A DNA stretch of 64,000 bases, taken from assembly GCA_963772835.1 (NCBI GenBank), contig CAVYYZ010000024.1, forward strand, positions 194,853 through 258,852, in the 5' to 3' direction. Source of the DNA: an uncultured delta proteobacterium (GTDB taxonomy: Bacteria; Desulfobacterota; Desulfuromonadia; Geobacterales; Pseudopelobacteraceae). Below are positions 1-10,816 of the stretch, one piece after another. A program made the position numbers and the translations under genes. Within the stretch, counting starts at the first letter, position 1. Every line of letters begins with the position of its first letter. Under the pieces are notes generated by a model. It had not been told where the DNA came from. It did not search any database and was given only the letters and a program-made list of their open reading frames with translations.

Positions 1-1344
1 CGGGTCAAGGGAACTCTGAACGGCAGGTTCCACGAGAGGGGACTCCTCACGACTCTCTTTCCCGGGCTGATCCAGGAATCCAGAGGGGAGCTGGAGTTCA
101 ATGTTCTGGCCGGAGGGACCTGGCAGACACCAACAATGACCGGGACAGTGGAGTTGGCCGGGGCAGGGGCCTATCTCCCCGCTGCCGGGATCCGCCTAAC
201 GGATATACGGATGGTCGCCCGTCTCGTAGATGATCAGGTGAAGATCGAATCATTCCGGATGACGTCCGGTTCCGGTTCGCTGGAGGGAACCGCAGTGCTG
301 AGCCTTGCCGGGAAAAAGCTGGCCGGGTACCGAGGCACATTGCACGGGGAGCGTTTTCAGGCGGTACATCTTCCTGAGCTGCAGCTCATAGTAACCCCTG
401 ATCTCACCTTTGAGGGTAACCTGCATACATTCTCCGCCCGGGGTGTGATACGGATTCCGGAAATGCTGGTGAACAGTCTGAGCTCCTCAGCGGAGATCAA
501 GCCGAGCCGCGATGTGGTGCTGAAAGGAGACGGCGGTGCAGTGGCCAAACCGGCCGCAACATTGCTGGACCTTGAGCTTCAGCTGCTACTCGGTGATAAG
601 GTTGTTGTCAAGGCCCAGGGCCTTGATGCCCGGCTTGGAGGGGAGGTCACTCTTCGGATGACCGGCCCTTCATCCGTCACCGGGCGTGGTGAGATCAGGG
701 TGGTAAAGGGAATGTATCGAATATACGGGGCTAACCTGGATATCAAGCGGGGACGGGCACTATTTTCCGGAGGGGCGGTGGAGCGGCCGACACTTGATAT
801 TCTGGCGTTGCGCACGGTGGACTCGGTTAAGGCAGGTGTGACGGTTACCGGAACTCCTGAAGCGCCGTTGATAAGACTCTATTCCGAACCGGCACTTCCA
901 GATACTGATATCCTGTCATATATCGTTCTCGGCCGCAGTATGAAAGAAAGCGGGAACCAGAATGCCGCTCTGATGGAGGCCGCGGTGCTGCTCACATCTT
1001 CAGACACGTCACCGGGTCTTCAGGAACAGATCAAACAGCTGGTAAACCTCGATACCCTTACGTTCAGTTCCGGCAAGGACAAGAGCCCAGGATACAAAAC
1101 CATCGAGCCGTCGCTGCGAAGCAACACCCAGAGCAAAACGGAGACCGGGGGCGTCTCGGATACCATGCTTCAGCTCGGAAAATATCTGACTCCCAAGCTC
1201 TATGTCAGCTACGGAAAGTCACTGTTTGACAACAGCCAGCAGTTCCGCGCCCGATATTCGATCAGTAAAAAGTGGGAGGTCGAGTCCAAGTTCAGTACAA
1301 CGGCTACCGGCGGAGACCTGTATTACCTGATCGAACTGGATTGA
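1..1344 (+). CDS. tamB: Translocation/assembly module TamB (DUF490) protein, 5'-truncated by the window edge
   Basis: Frame is open from base 1. C-terminus resembles DUF490 (G.P..P.I.LYSEP.LP..DILSYIVLG; LGKYLTPKLYVSYG; GGDLYY). Confidence 0.85.
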   Translation, partial: RVKGTLNGRFHERGLLTTLFPGLIQESRGELEFNVLAGGTWQTPTMTGTVELAGAGAYLPAAGIRLTDIRMVARLVDDQVKIESFRMTSGSGSLEGTAVLSLAGKKLAGYRGTLHGERFQAVHLPELQLIVTPDLTFEGNLHTFSARGVIRIPEMLVNSLSSSAEIKPSRDVVLKGDGGAVAKPAATLLDLELQLLLGDKVVVKAQGLDARLGGEVTLRMTGPSSVTGRGEIRVVKGMYRIYGANLDIKRGRALFSGGAVERPTLDILALRTVDSVKAGVTVTGTPEAPLIRLYSEPALPDTDILSYIVLGRSMKESGNQNAALMEAAVLLTSSDTSPGLQEQIKQLVNLDTLTFSSGKDKSPGYKTIEPSLRSNTQSKTETGGVSDTMLQLGKYLTPKLYVSYGKSLFDNSQQFRARYSISKKWEVESKFSTTATGGDLYYLIELD

Positions 1345-1455
1345 GCCGGACAACGGCCTATCTGTTTCCGGTGGCGGGTCCGGCGCCTGCATCCCCTCAA
1401 CCCACCGGGTCGGAGTGCGGCGGGGTGAACTGAACACTGCCCGCCGGCCGGATTG

Positions 1456-1983
1456 CTACTCCAGTTCTTCCCCGACTTCTTCCATCTCTCTCGCGATCTC
1501 CTTCAGAGCTTCATCCTTGCGTCTGAAAAACATCACCAGCCAGTAACAGATGAAGTAGGCTGCTCCTGCCGCCAGAAATCCGATAACAGAGCTTCCCAGC
1601 AGGATCGATTTGGCGTACGGCTGGAGACTGTGCCAATCAAGATTCGTGAAGGTGAACGCTCCACGGGCCGGTTTGCCCTGCATGAACCTGCCCAGTTTGT
1701 AGCTGGCCACCAGAATAGGCACCATCGTCAGCGGTGTGTTGACCCAGGCGCCGGTAATACAGGTGACTTTGTTGAGACGGAAGATGAATGCCAGAGCGAT
1801 GGCCAGAGGTGTATGTAAACCGAAGAAGGGGGTGAAACTGACAAAAACACCCACGGCGAAACCGGCGGAAATGTGACCGGGGTGGGCATCCAGTGAAAGT
1901 ATTTTTTTGAATTGAAGCTTTAGCTTGTCAAGAGATATCACGGAGGCCTCGCTTGGCGGCCACTTTACGATTTTGCGGTCCAT
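1456..1983 (-). CDS. DUF2062 family membrane protein
   Basis: Motifs P.HISAGFAVGVFVSFTPFFGLHT and GAWVNTPLT; hydrophobic segments. Confidence 0.8.
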   Translation of the reverse strand: MDRKIVKWPPSEASVISLDKLKLQFKKILSLDAHPGHISAGFAVGVFVSFTPFFGLHTPLAIALAFIFRLNKVTCITGAWVNTPLTMVPILVASYKLGRFMQGKPARGAFTFTNLDWHSLQPYAKSILLGSSVIGFLAAGAAYFICYWLVMFFRRKDEALKEIAREMEEVGEELE

Positions 1984-2145
1984 GTTGTCAATTTATTAGA
2001 CTTCACGACCTCGTCCATCTCTGATATAACACCGATTCAAAGAGACGGAACAGTCTTTGCCGCCACAGAACGTGCCGCCAGGACATAACTCCCGGCTTAA
2101 AATGAGAACGAGCCGGATACATACGTACGACTGGACCTGATCAGC

Positions 2146-4242
2146 ATGATATCCCGCCAAAAACTGCAGCGTATTGCATTTATTTCACTGGCTTCGCTGC
2201 TGTTGTCTGCGCTTACCCTTACGCCTCTCTGTACCAACTTTGAGCTGAAGACCTATGATCTGCTCTCCCGAATGCTTAATCCGGACAGGGGGGCGCCGGA
2301 AATACTCGTTGTGCAGGTTGACCAGTCCAGCCTGGACAATCTTGCCGCAGAAGGTGTCACCTGGCCCTGGCCGCGGCAGATTTACGCACCGCTGTTTGAA
2401 CGTCTGTCACTGGCAGACGCGGTTTTTGTTGATATCATCTTCTCCGAGCCATCTTCATATGGGAACGAAGATGACATCATCCTCGCAGCCTCGATCGAAA
2501 AAGCCGGCAATGTCATTCTGCCGCTGTTCGTCACGGCAAACAAAAGAGCGCTCGATGAAGCCGGCCGGACCTTTCTGGAGAAAGTTTCGGTGAGGTGTGC
2601 CGCAGATTCCGGACGGTCCCTGCCGTTTGTCATTACCCCCGTTTCGCCTCTCGCCTCTGCTGCCCACGGAGGTGGGAATGTTATGATCCGGCCGGACAGA
2701 GATGGTGTCTACCGGCGTACCCCTCTTCTGTTTCAGGCTGCCGACTTCACCCTGCCGCATTTTGTACTGGGCCACCTACTGGAAAATAAGAGCATAACAA
2801 TCGACCGGGACCGTCTGATGCGGGACGGGTCTGCGCTTCCCCTCGATCGGGGAGGGTTGATGGTGCGTTTTCCTCGGGGCGCCCGTCCATACGAAACCGT
2901 TCCTGCCGTCGATCTAATCAGTGAAGCCGGATCCAGGCGGTATCCTGCATCATATTTCAAGGGAAAGAAAGTCCTCCTCGGTCTGACCGCCGCCGGATTG
3001 TACGATCTCAAACCGACTGCGGTTTCGGCGGTAAGTTCGGGGGTGTCAATCCACGCTGCCACTCTGGATGCCCTGCTCCATGGCGGTTACCTGAGGCGGG
3101 TCCCGGATGCCGCGCTTCTGCTGTTCATGTCCCTTATAGTGACGGGCGTCTGCTGGTTCGTACTGACACATACCGCCATGCTTCCAAACCTGTTTCTACT
3201 GCTGGCGATGTCGTGTGTGGCATCAGGGATTCCGGCTGTGCTGTTTGCGGGGGGGTGGTATCTGGCGGTGATCCCGTCACTGGGCGCTCTGCTGATCTCG
3301 TTTGCCGCAGCCTCAATCTACAGCTATGCCACGGAAGGGAGGGAGAGGAGATTCATCCGGCGTACGTTTTCCCAGTATATGGATGAGACGATCGTCGCAC
3401 ATCTGCTGAAAAATCCGGATCTGATCAAACCGGGTGGCCAGCGGAGCAGGGTGACGGTCTTTTTTGCAGATATTGCCGGCTTTACGACCATCGCCGAGCG
3501 GTTCCCGCCTGAAGAAACAGCACTCATTCTGCATAATGTCCTGAATGCCGTCAGCGAGGAAGTCATCAGAAATCACGGCGTGATCGACAAATATATCGGC
3601 GATTGCGTGATGGCCTTCTGGGGTGCGCCGTTGAAGTCACCTCAGGCTGCCGGTGACGCCTGCCGTGCGGCTCTTGGTTCCCTCGAAGCGCTGGAGCGGG
3701 TCAATGCCGATTTTGAGGTTCGCGGTCTGGGAGCAATCTCCATGCGCGTCGGGCTGCATACCGGTGATGCCATTATCGGCAATCTGGGGAGCGACCGGCT
3801 CTTTGATTATACGGTTGTGGGCGACACGGTCAATCTGGCATCCCGTCTCGAATCCGCCAATAAATTCTTTTCCACCCGTATCATGCTGAGCGAAGAAACT
3901 GTGCGGGAAGCCGGTGACGGATTTATTCTGCGCGAACTCGGCCTGATCGCCGTCAAGGGAAAGGTTCAACCGGTCCGGATATATGAACTGCTCTCCCGAA
4001 AGGAAAACGCTCCGGAACCACTCATCACGTGGGTTGAAAAATATACCCGTGCCATTGAGCTGTTTCACCGGCGAGAATGGCAGCCTGCAGGGGAGCTTTT
4101 TGAAATGGTACTATTGTTAAAGCCCGAGGATGGGCCTGCAGTGTATTATCGGGACTGGTGCCGTCAGTGCCAGGAATTTTCTCCCGGTACATCTTCACTC
4201 TTGACTGACGATTGGAATGTAGTGCATATGAAAGAGAAATGA
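2146..4242 (+). CDS. CHASE2-domain class III adenylate cyclase with C-terminal TPR-like region
   Basis: CHASE2 motifs (WPWPR, DGVYRR) and three TM helices. Cyclase motifs FADIAGFT, IDKYIGDCVMAFWG and DYTVVGDTVNLASRLE carry the ATP-specifying K and D. Confidence 0.9.
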   Translation: MISRQKLQRIAFISLASLLLSALTLTPLCTNFELKTYDLLSRMLNPDRGAPEILVVQVDQSSLDNLAAEGVTWPWPRQIYAPLFERLSLADAVFVDIIFSEPSSYGNEDDIILAASIEKAGNVILPLFVTANKRALDEAGRTFLEKVSVRCAADSGRSLPFVITPVSPLASAAHGGGNVMIRPDRDGVYRRTPLLFQAADFTLPHFVLGHLLENKSITIDRDRLMRDGSALPLDRGGLMVRFPRGARPYETVPAVDLISEAGSRRYPASYFKGKKVLLGLTAAGLYDLKPTAVSAVSSGVSIHAATLDALLHGGYLRRVPDAALLLFMSLIVTGVCWFVLTHTAMLPNLFLLLAMSCVASGIPAVLFAGGWYLAVIPSLGALLISFAAASIYSYATEGRERRFIRRTFSQYMDETIVAHLLKNPDLIKPGGQRSRVTVFFADIAGFTTIAERFPPEETALILHNVLNAVSEEVIRNHGVIDKYIGDCVMAFWGAPLKSPQAAGDACRAALGSLEALERVNADFEVRGLGAISMRVGLHTGDAIIGNLGSDRLFDYTVVGDTVNLASRLESANKFFSTRIMLSEETVREAGDGFILRELGLIAVKGKVQPVRIYELLSRKENAPEPLITWVEKYTRAIELFHRREWQPAGELFEMVLLLKPEDGPAVYYRDWCRQCQEFSPGTSSLLTDDWNVVHMKEK

Positions 4243-4697
4243 AAACAGCCCTGATTGCCATACTGCTCTGCAGCCTCCCATGCCAGGCTATGACCGCGGA
4301 AACCGTCCAGGTTACGACGCGCGAAAATGCCGTGCGGAATGAGTGCCGTTTTTTTGCGCCGGTTAAGCTGAAAGTGGTGCTGGGTGATCGTCTGGATGTG
4401 AGCGGTCGCAAGGGGGACTGGTATCTGGTGAGCGCCAGAGGTGTCAGCGGCTGCATACACAAAAGTGCCGTCGAATCCCGTAATTTTTCATCATCAGGCC
4501 GCGGGGCTGCGACCGGCGCGGCTTCGACCGATGAAGTCTCGCTTGCGGGGAAGGGATTCAATCCTCAGGTTGAGGCCGGGTATCGCGCCTCCGGCAAGGA
4601 CCTGAACTATGACGCGGTTGACGAGATCGGCCGCCTGACAGTCAGCGAAAAAAGTCTTGAATCATTCATAAAGCAGGGTGGGCTGATTCAGCCATGA
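4239..4697 (+). CDS. Secreted SH3-like domain protein
   Basis: ATG at 4239 overlaps the cyclase stop (ATGA). Signal peptide, then an SH3b-like segment (GDRLDVSGRKGDWYLV...G.SGCIH). Confidence 0.7.
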   Translation: MKTALIAILLCSLPCQAMTAETVQVTTRENAVRNECRFFAPVKLKVVLGDRLDVSGRKGDWYLVSARGVSGCIHKSAVESRNFSSSGRGAATGAASTDEVSLAGKGFNPQVEAGYRASGKDLNYDAVDEIGRLTVSEKSLESFIKQGGLIQP

Positions 4698-5587
4698 GAA
4701 CCGGACTCCCTACAGCTGCCGCCGGCAGGATTATCCTGACAGCGCTGCTTTGTCTGCTGCCTGGCGGGTGCAAAGTAAGCGATCTTTCCCTGAATGATCT
4801 TACTTCGGAGCGGATAGGTATGATTACCTCATCGGCCCAGAGCATCAGCAAGGCAGCCCGGCCGTTATCCGAGGATGAAGAGTATTACGTAGGGAGGGCT
4901 GTGGCGGCACGTATAACCTCAACATATCCGCTCTACCGCAACTCCCGCCAGACTGAGTACCTCAATCTGATCGGTCAATCACTGGTGCTCCATACGGAAA
5001 AACCCACCACCTTCGGCGGTTATCGCTTCGCACTGCTGGATTCTCCCGAGATCAATGCCTTTGCCTGTCCCGGCGGGATAATCCTCATCACCAGAGGTAT
5101 GATTGCGTCGGTGAAGAGTGAAGACGAACTTGCTGCGGTACTTGCCCATGAAATAGCTCATATCATTCATCGTGACGGAGTCTCGGCCATTCAGTCGTCG
5201 CGCTGGAGCGAGGCTGTGCTTGTCATCGGTGCAAACGCTGCAAAGGAATTCGGACCTAAGGACACAGCCAAACTTGTGTCTCTTTTCGAAGGTTCCATTG
5301 ACGATGTGGTCAAGACGCTGGTGGTCAACGGGTACGGCAGGGAACAGGAAAAAGAAGCTGATGTGGCCGCTCTTGGCTACCTTGCCGCTGCGGGCTACAA
5401 TCCACAGGGACTGACCGGATACCTGTCACGACTCGAGCAGGCGGGGCGGGGTTCAAAGGGCGGCATCCTGACAACACACCCCGGAACGGATGAACGGCTG
5501 GAAAACATCCACCGGATAAAAACGGAATCAACGCATACATCAACACAATCCCGCCGTACGAAACGCTTTGCCGACATGAAACGCTGA
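4694..5587 (+). CDS. M48 family metallopeptidase, probable lipoprotein
   Basis: INAFACPGG, ELAAVLAHEIAH (HEXXH), EKEAD and THP motifs; lipobox-like LPGGC; ATGA overlap with the upstream gene. Confidence 0.88.
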   Translation: MRTGLPTAAAGRIILTALLCLLPGGCKVSDLSLNDLTSERIGMITSSAQSISKAARPLSEDEEYYVGRAVAARITSTYPLYRNSRQTEYLNLIGQSLVLHTEKPTTFGGYRFALLDSPEINAFACPGGIILITRGMIASVKSEDELAAVLAHEIAHIIHRDGVSAIQSSRWSEAVLVIGANAAKEFGPKDTAKLVSLFEGSIDDVVKTLVVNGYGREQEKEADVAALGYLAAAGYNPQGLTGYLSRLEQAGRGSKGGILTTHPGTDERLENIHRIKTESTHTSTQSRRTKRFADMKR

Positions 5588-5611
5588 GCTGCGAATACGG
5601 TACATACGCTC

Positions 5612-5648
5612 AAAAGCCCCGCAACGCATCTCGCGATCGGGGCTTTTT
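5612..5648 (+). terminator. Probable intrinsic terminator, possibly bidirectional
   Basis: AAAAGCCCCG...CGGGGCTTTTT hairpin with a T tract, just after the M48 gene. Confidence 0.7.
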
Positions 5649-5740
5649 AATTTCCTGTATTCCCAGCCATCTATTATTTATGTCTTCACTGGCAGATTAA
5701 TCTCTGTTATAAGACGGATATATTCGAGTCGGAGGTTGGT

Positions 5741-6691
5741 ATGTACCTGATAAAGTATCTTGCGGCAGTTTTTTTTCTTCTCATGGTCATGAGCCGGCCC
5801 TCGCCGGCTGCCACAGATACCTGTTCGTTTTCTACAAGTGTGACAGAGGGGGGGACGACCTTCGACATCATCAGTCACCCGGCAATCGGCTGTGCCGTGC
5901 AGATCGTCAAGGTGTCGGCGCGGCGCGGCGGCAAGAGGATTGCCAGCGTGAAGGCCGACGTTGATTATCTGGCCCGGTCTGTCCAGGCGGCTGATCTGAC
6001 CGGTGACGGGAAACCGGAGCTGGCTATAATCAGCCGGCCGATGGAAGAGGCGGCATCCGAGGCACTGGACATCTACTGGCTGGACGGCAAGACCCTCCGC
6101 CGGGCAAAGGTGCCGGCACTCGAAGAAAACAGCGGGTACAGAGGCGGAGACCGTTATCGGCTGGATGGCACCCTGATCGTCCGTACCATACCGGTTTATC
6201 GCGATGGCGACCCTGCCGGAAAACCGTCAGGCGGGACCCATGTACTGAAGTACGAATTCGGGAAGGGGGCGTTAACTCTGTATGTTCAGCTAGAAAAAGC
6301 GCCGCTGCTTTCGGGCGAAGCCGGAGTACAAAGCGCCCCGCTGCCCACGACCCCTGCAGTAGAGGCGAAACCGGCGGATTCGTCTGCTGCCGGAGTTGTC
6401 ATTACCGGTGTATCGGTGAGTGATGCGGGGATTGAAATCAGTACTAACAGTGCATCTGCGAAATATAAGACCACCGGACTGGACAAACCCGGACGGATCG
6501 TCATCGACTTTCCCGGCGCAGAATCATCCCTCGCCGGGAAAAAAATTGCGATCAACCGGTTCAACATCACCCGGGCGAGGATCGGGCGCAACAAAGGGTT
6601 CCTGCGGGTAGTCCTGGACACTGCTCTCAGCACGTTTCCGAAGTACGAAATGAGTACTTCCGGCAGCAGCATACTCATAAAATTTACCTAA
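5741..6691 (+). CDS. Exported protein with an FG-GAP-like motif and a C-terminal AMIN domain
   Basis: Signal peptide; ADLTGDGKPELAI; C-terminal LDKPGRIVIDFPGA...RARIG...LRVVLD. Confidence 0.7.
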   Translation: MYLIKYLAAVFFLLMVMSRPSPAATDTCSFSTSVTEGGTTFDIISHPAIGCAVQIVKVSARRGGKRIASVKADVDYLARSVQAADLTGDGKPELAIISRPMEEAASEALDIYWLDGKTLRRAKVPALEENSGYRGGDRYRLDGTLIVRTIPVYRDGDPAGKPSGGTHVLKYEFGKGALTLYVQLEKAPLLSGEAGVQSAPLPTTPAVEAKPADSSAAGVVITGVSVSDAGIEISTNSASAKYKTTGLDKPGRIVIDFPGAESSLAGKKIAINRFNITRARIGRNKGFLRVVLDTALSTFPKYEMSTSGSSILIKFT

Positions 6692-6716
6692 CGGCATCGA
6701 GAAGGGAATTGACGGC

Positions 6717-7580
6717 ATGGGCGAAACAACCATCGGCGTAATCGGAGGCAGCGGCCTCTATGACATGGAGGGGTTGGAGCAGGTTGATCGGGTAACAATT
6801 GATACGCCCTTCGGCGACCCGTCAGACCAGTATGTCACCGGGGTGTTGAACGGCGTGAAAATGGTGTTTCTTCCCCGACACGGTCGAGGTCACCGCCTCC
6901 TCCCGTCGGAAGTCAACTACCGTGCAAACATTTACGGTATGAAGACGCTTGGAGTGGAGCATATTATCTCGGTTTCTGCCGTCGGGAGCCTGAAAGATGC
7001 CATCGCTCCGGGGCATATTGTTATTCCGGATCAGTTCATCGACCGTACGAAAGGTATCAGAAAGGATACATTTTTCGGCGACGGGATCGTTGCCCATGCC
7101 GGTTTTGCCGATCCTGTCTGCGGCGATCTTTCCAACACGCTTTTCACCGCTGCCCGGAAAGCCGGAGCGACAACCCACAAAGGCGGTACCTACATCTGCA
7201 TGGAAGGGCCGGCCTTTTCGACCCGGGCAGAATCATTTTCCTACCTGGCGCTGGGTGCCTCAGTGATCGGCATGACGAATCTGACCGAGGCCAAGTTGGC
7301 CCGTGAGGCCGAGATCTGCTACGGCATCATCGCGCTTTCAACAGACTATGACTGCTGGCACGACTCACACGATGATGTGACGGTGGAAGCGATCATCAAG
7401 ATCATTCACCAGAATGTGGCGATGGCAAAAAACATCATCCGTCATGCGGTTGCGGAAATCAGAGGTGAACGCACCTGCTCCTGCGGTAGCGCAATGCAGT
7501 ATGCCGTCATAACGGACCGGTCGGTTATTCCAGAAACCACCAGGTTGAAGCTTGCACCGCTTATCGGGAAGTATCTGTAG
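6717..7580 (+). CDS. mtnP: S-methyl-5'-thioadenosine phosphorylase
   Basis: IGVIGGSGLY, FLPRHGRGH, EGPAFSTRAES, IGMT and TDYDCW motifs. Confidence 0.92.
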   Translation: MGETTIGVIGGSGLYDMEGLEQVDRVTIDTPFGDPSDQYVTGVLNGVKMVFLPRHGRGHRLLPSEVNYRANIYGMKTLGVEHIISVSAVGSLKDAIAPGHIVIPDQFIDRTKGIRKDTFFGDGIVAHAGFADPVCGDLSNTLFTAARKAGATTHKGGTYICMEGPAFSTRAESFSYLALGASVIGMTNLTEAKLAREAEICYGIIALSTDYDCWHDSHDDVTVEAIIKIIHQNVAMAKNIIRHAVAEIRGERTCSCGSAMQYAVITDRSVIPETTRLKLAPLIGKYL

Positions 7581-7721
7581 CGGAGGAATGACAGATAACG
7601 ACGCGGGAGACGATCAGGCGTTATCTCGGTCGGGTGCTTCCTTCTTGTCGGAACCACGCCTTTTTTCGCTTCTCCTTTCAAGTACAGAACCGGGCCGGAG
7701 ACGTACCTCACCCATTATTCT

Positions 7722-8243
7722 TCAGAAGCTGTAGCCCCAGGAAACACCTATCCAGGGCAAAAAACCGTCTGCAGGATATTTCCTGTCTTTCCTGCCCAGT
7801 GGATACATCGGGGTAAGGCCGACTTTGAAAAATTGCCCCCCCTGCGGGCGCTGGTAGCGATAGGAAAGACTACCGGTCAGAGTAGTAAAGTCGTAGTCAT
7901 TCAGGACGTCACCGAAATCGGAGAGTTCTTTGTAGTGTCCGTAGAGGAGACCGCCCCCCAGTTCCAGCCAATTATTTCCACTCCCGTAAAGATAGTTGAC
8001 CAGCAGCGGAAAAGCAGTGAGATGATTGCTCCCGCCAAAGAAGCCGGAGGTGTTCCAGGTAACTATGCCGAGCCGTACACTGCAATCTTCGCGTATGCGA
8101 TAATCGGCATTGATGGAATAGATACCACCGTTGCCGAAGAGCTCGAAAAAAATGCTGAGCGGCGCCTCAGGTTTTTCGGCCGCAAATCCACTCCCCGTCA
8201 TCATCAACGTAAAAATAAGTACATACATGCCTCGTCGCAGCAT
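7722..8243 (-). CDS. Small outer-membrane beta-barrel-like protein, function unknown
   Basis: Signal peptide, alternating beta-strand pattern and C-terminal ...SWGYSF. Purine-rich RBS before the ATG at 8243. Confidence 0.6.
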   Translation of the reverse strand: MLRRGMYVLIFTLMMTGSGFAAEKPEAPLSIFFELFGNGGIYSINADYRIREDCSVRLGIVTWNTSGFFGGSNHLTAFPLLVNYLYGSGNNWLELGGGLLYGHYKELSDFGDVLNDYDFTTLTGSLSYRYQRPQGGQFFKVGLTPMYPLGRKDRKYPADGFLPWIGVSWGYSF

Positions 8244-8404
8244 CGCTTCCCCCTCTGATCTTGATTTCCGGCTCCTAAAAATCCCGTCAGCAACCACGTC
8301 GGAGCATTTCTCCTGGCGGACAACGAAGAAATGTGCTGTCGCGCTCAGTATGTGCCACGTCTATCACTATAAAATTCATGACCCCCATGTCTTTTAAAAC
8401 TCCT

Positions 8405-9286
8405 CTATCGTGTGCGCCAGCTGCTGATCAGGCTGGACGTCGTAACCGAGCAGATAATGAGGGCCCCTCCAAGTATCGATTGTGCCGAAGGCGCTTCTCC
8501 CAGCATCAGAAAAACCCAGATGGGATTGAACACGGGCTCTATCAGGGCGATCAGGTTTGCCGTAACAGCCGGGACCCTCTTGATGCCATAGGAAAAAAAC
8601 ACGGCAGCCAAACCGATCTGTAGCACACCAAGCACCAGGATGCTGCCGAGTGCTCCCGAAGTAAACCGGGGGATGGGGAGGAAAACGGCTACACTCAGGG
8701 CGATCAGTGCGGTAACGGCATGGGAGGCCATAAATGACTGCAGCGGATCGCCCTCCTTCTGCATGCGGGTAAAGATGAACACCAGAGCGAAGGTGCAGGC
8801 CGATGCCAGCGCCAGCAGGTTTCCGAACAACTGTCCGGCGGACAGGCGGTCAAGGAAAAGCAGGGCCATGCCGACGGGGGTTAGAAATAGGGCAATCAGC
8901 TGTTCCCTGCGGATATGCTCCTTGAGAATAATGACACCTAATATAGCGGTGAAGACCGGGGCCAGATACTGTAGCAGAATGGCGTTGGCCGCCGTGGTGG
9001 TCTTGTTGGCAGCAACGAAGAGCAGCATGGTGGCTGCATTGGCCAGAGCTGCTCCCGCGAGCGGCCAGGACCACGCCAGTCGGACTGTGCGGACAATCGT
9101 CAGCAGAAAGAAAAAAGCGATCAGGCTTCTCATGCCGGCGATCAGGAAGGGGTTCCAATCCAGAATCTTTATGAACAGGCCTGCCACGCTCCAGAGAAAA
9201 GCGCACGCCATCATGGAAAGTGCCCCCATCAGGGCCGGGGAAAAGCGGGCCTTCATGGAAAACCTGACAGATTTTGCGTGGTACAT
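8405..9286 (-). CDS. EamA/DMT family transporter
   Basis: About ten hydrophobic helices; ANAILLQYLAPVF and LIEPVFNPIWV motifs. Confidence 0.88.
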   Translation of the reverse strand: MYHAKSVRFSMKARFSPALMGALSMMACAFLWSVAGLFIKILDWNPFLIAGMRSLIAFFFLLTIVRTVRLAWSWPLAGAALANAATMLLFVAANKTTTAANAILLQYLAPVFTAILGVIILKEHIRREQLIALFLTPVGMALLFLDRLSAGQLFGNLLALASACTFALVFIFTRMQKEGDPLQSFMASHAVTALIALSVAVFLPIPRFTSGALGSILVLGVLQIGLAAVFFSYGIKRVPAVTANLIALIEPVFNPIWVFLMLGEAPSAQSILGGALIICSVTTSSLISSWRTR

Positions 9287-9421
9287 TGTATCATGCCGGT
9301 TGTTTGCTCCGATTTATTAATAATAAGTGGTCAGCTTTGTAAAGAAACATCAATCTGTTGGAAATTTCCTCTGTGTTTGAAAGCGGAGAGCGGGTAATCT
9401 GCCTCACACTGTATCGCTCCT

Positions 9422-10372
9422 TTATCGGGTATCTTTTGTCGCATATTGCTGCCTGGTATATGCCGTCAGTCCGGCGATTGTCAGTGCGATGCCCGCAACT
9501 CCGGTACTTCCGGGTAATGTACCCTGCAGAAATATAATCTCGCCGATCAAAGAAAAAACAACCTCCATTGATTGTGTGGCATCTACTGCCGCTAGTTCAT
9601 AGGGACGTGTACACAGATGTCTGGCATGGAGAAAAACGGTCGTTGCAATCACTCCGGAAAACAGCGCCACCAGTGCAGTGCTCACCAGTTGGCCGGATGA
9701 CGGAGGAGCGGGGTGAGCAAACAGAATGAGTACCAGCCAGAATGGTATCGAACCCGCAGTCAGCAGCAGCACCCGGGCAAAACTGTCTTTCATCACTGCA
9801 TGATCAATCCGTGGGATCAGTTTGTAGCCTCTCTGCGAGGCTTCCCAGACCATTTGGTTGCCGGCCGGATAAGAAAAGGCCGCTATCAGCACGGGAATAA
9901 CGCCATACATAACTTCCTGATGCGTTGCCGTACGTGCGTAGTCGACGTTGACAAGGATGATACCCGTGAATATGAGACCGGTGAATAATATCCCTTTGAG
10001 TGGAACCTGCCTGCCCATCGCAATCAGAATAATCGGTGTGGCCAGGATGGTGATTTGCCACGTCGCGGCGATTATCCAGCCGGGTGCGTACGATGCACTG
10101 AAGCAAAGCAGCGAATAAAAAACTCCGAAACCGATGCTGCCGGCGAGAACCCAGAAGAACCAGAATCGGATGAAAACCCGTACAATTTCAAGAAGATATT
10201 TTCCGCTTTTTGTAACCAGCAGATAAAAAACCAGGAAAACAAGCATATAGCCGAACCGCAGACTTGCGGTCCACAGCCAGTGCCCGCCTGACAGGCTCAT
10301 TGCTCTGTTTAATACAAAGGTGCTGCTGAAAAACAGGGCCGACAGTATACCAAGCAGAACCAAGTGAAACAT
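9422..10372 (-). CDS. YjlA-like DMT-superfamily (multidrug resistance efflux transporter family) protein
   Basis: FFSSTFVLNRAM...GGHW.WTASLR, YPAGNQMVWE and AVDATQSMEVVF motifs. Confidence 0.8.
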   Translation of the reverse strand: MFHLVLLGILSALFFSSTFVLNRAMSLSGGHWLWTASLRFGYMLVFLVFYLLVTKSGKYLLEIVRVFIRFWFFWVLAGSIGFGVFYSLLCFSASYAPGWIIAATWQITILATPIILIAMGRQVPLKGILFTGLIFTGIILVNVDYARTATHQEVMYGVIPVLIAAFSYPAGNQMVWEASQRGYKLIPRIDHAVMKDSFARVLLLTAGSIPFWLVLILFAHPAPPSSGQLVSTALVALFSGVIATTVFLHARHLCTRPYELAAVDATQSMEVVFSLIGEIIFLQGTLPGSTGVAGIALTIAGLTAYTRQQYATKDTR

Positions 10373-10816
10373 TATAACCCCGATGGATTTACTGTGTATG
10401 GTTATAGATCACGAAATGAGATCTGCAGATTTCTCCATGCCGGTTTCGCGGGGAACCAGAGCTCAATCCGGGTTCCGGGCCGGCGGCGGCCAGGCACTTT
10501 GATTGTCGATAATCGTTTAGCATGGTTCAGGGGGATTAGAAACTGAATTATTAGAGTTACTCTATTGACGTCGATTTATGTACGCCTTATGAAGGCAGCC
10601 TATGTAATTGTCTGCTATTCTTGCCCGTAAAGAGGCTCATGGGGATGATTCCTGTATGATCCAGAATATTCCCGGTCTCCCGTGCCTGAACACGATGATG
10701 ACCGATACTCACTGTGTTTAGGCCGGAACAGTCAAAGTGGTAGAAACCCGGCTATCTTTTGAACCGCCACCGCACGATCGCTTTTAAATATTCTGCCGAC
10801 TGTCGTATCTGGATTA

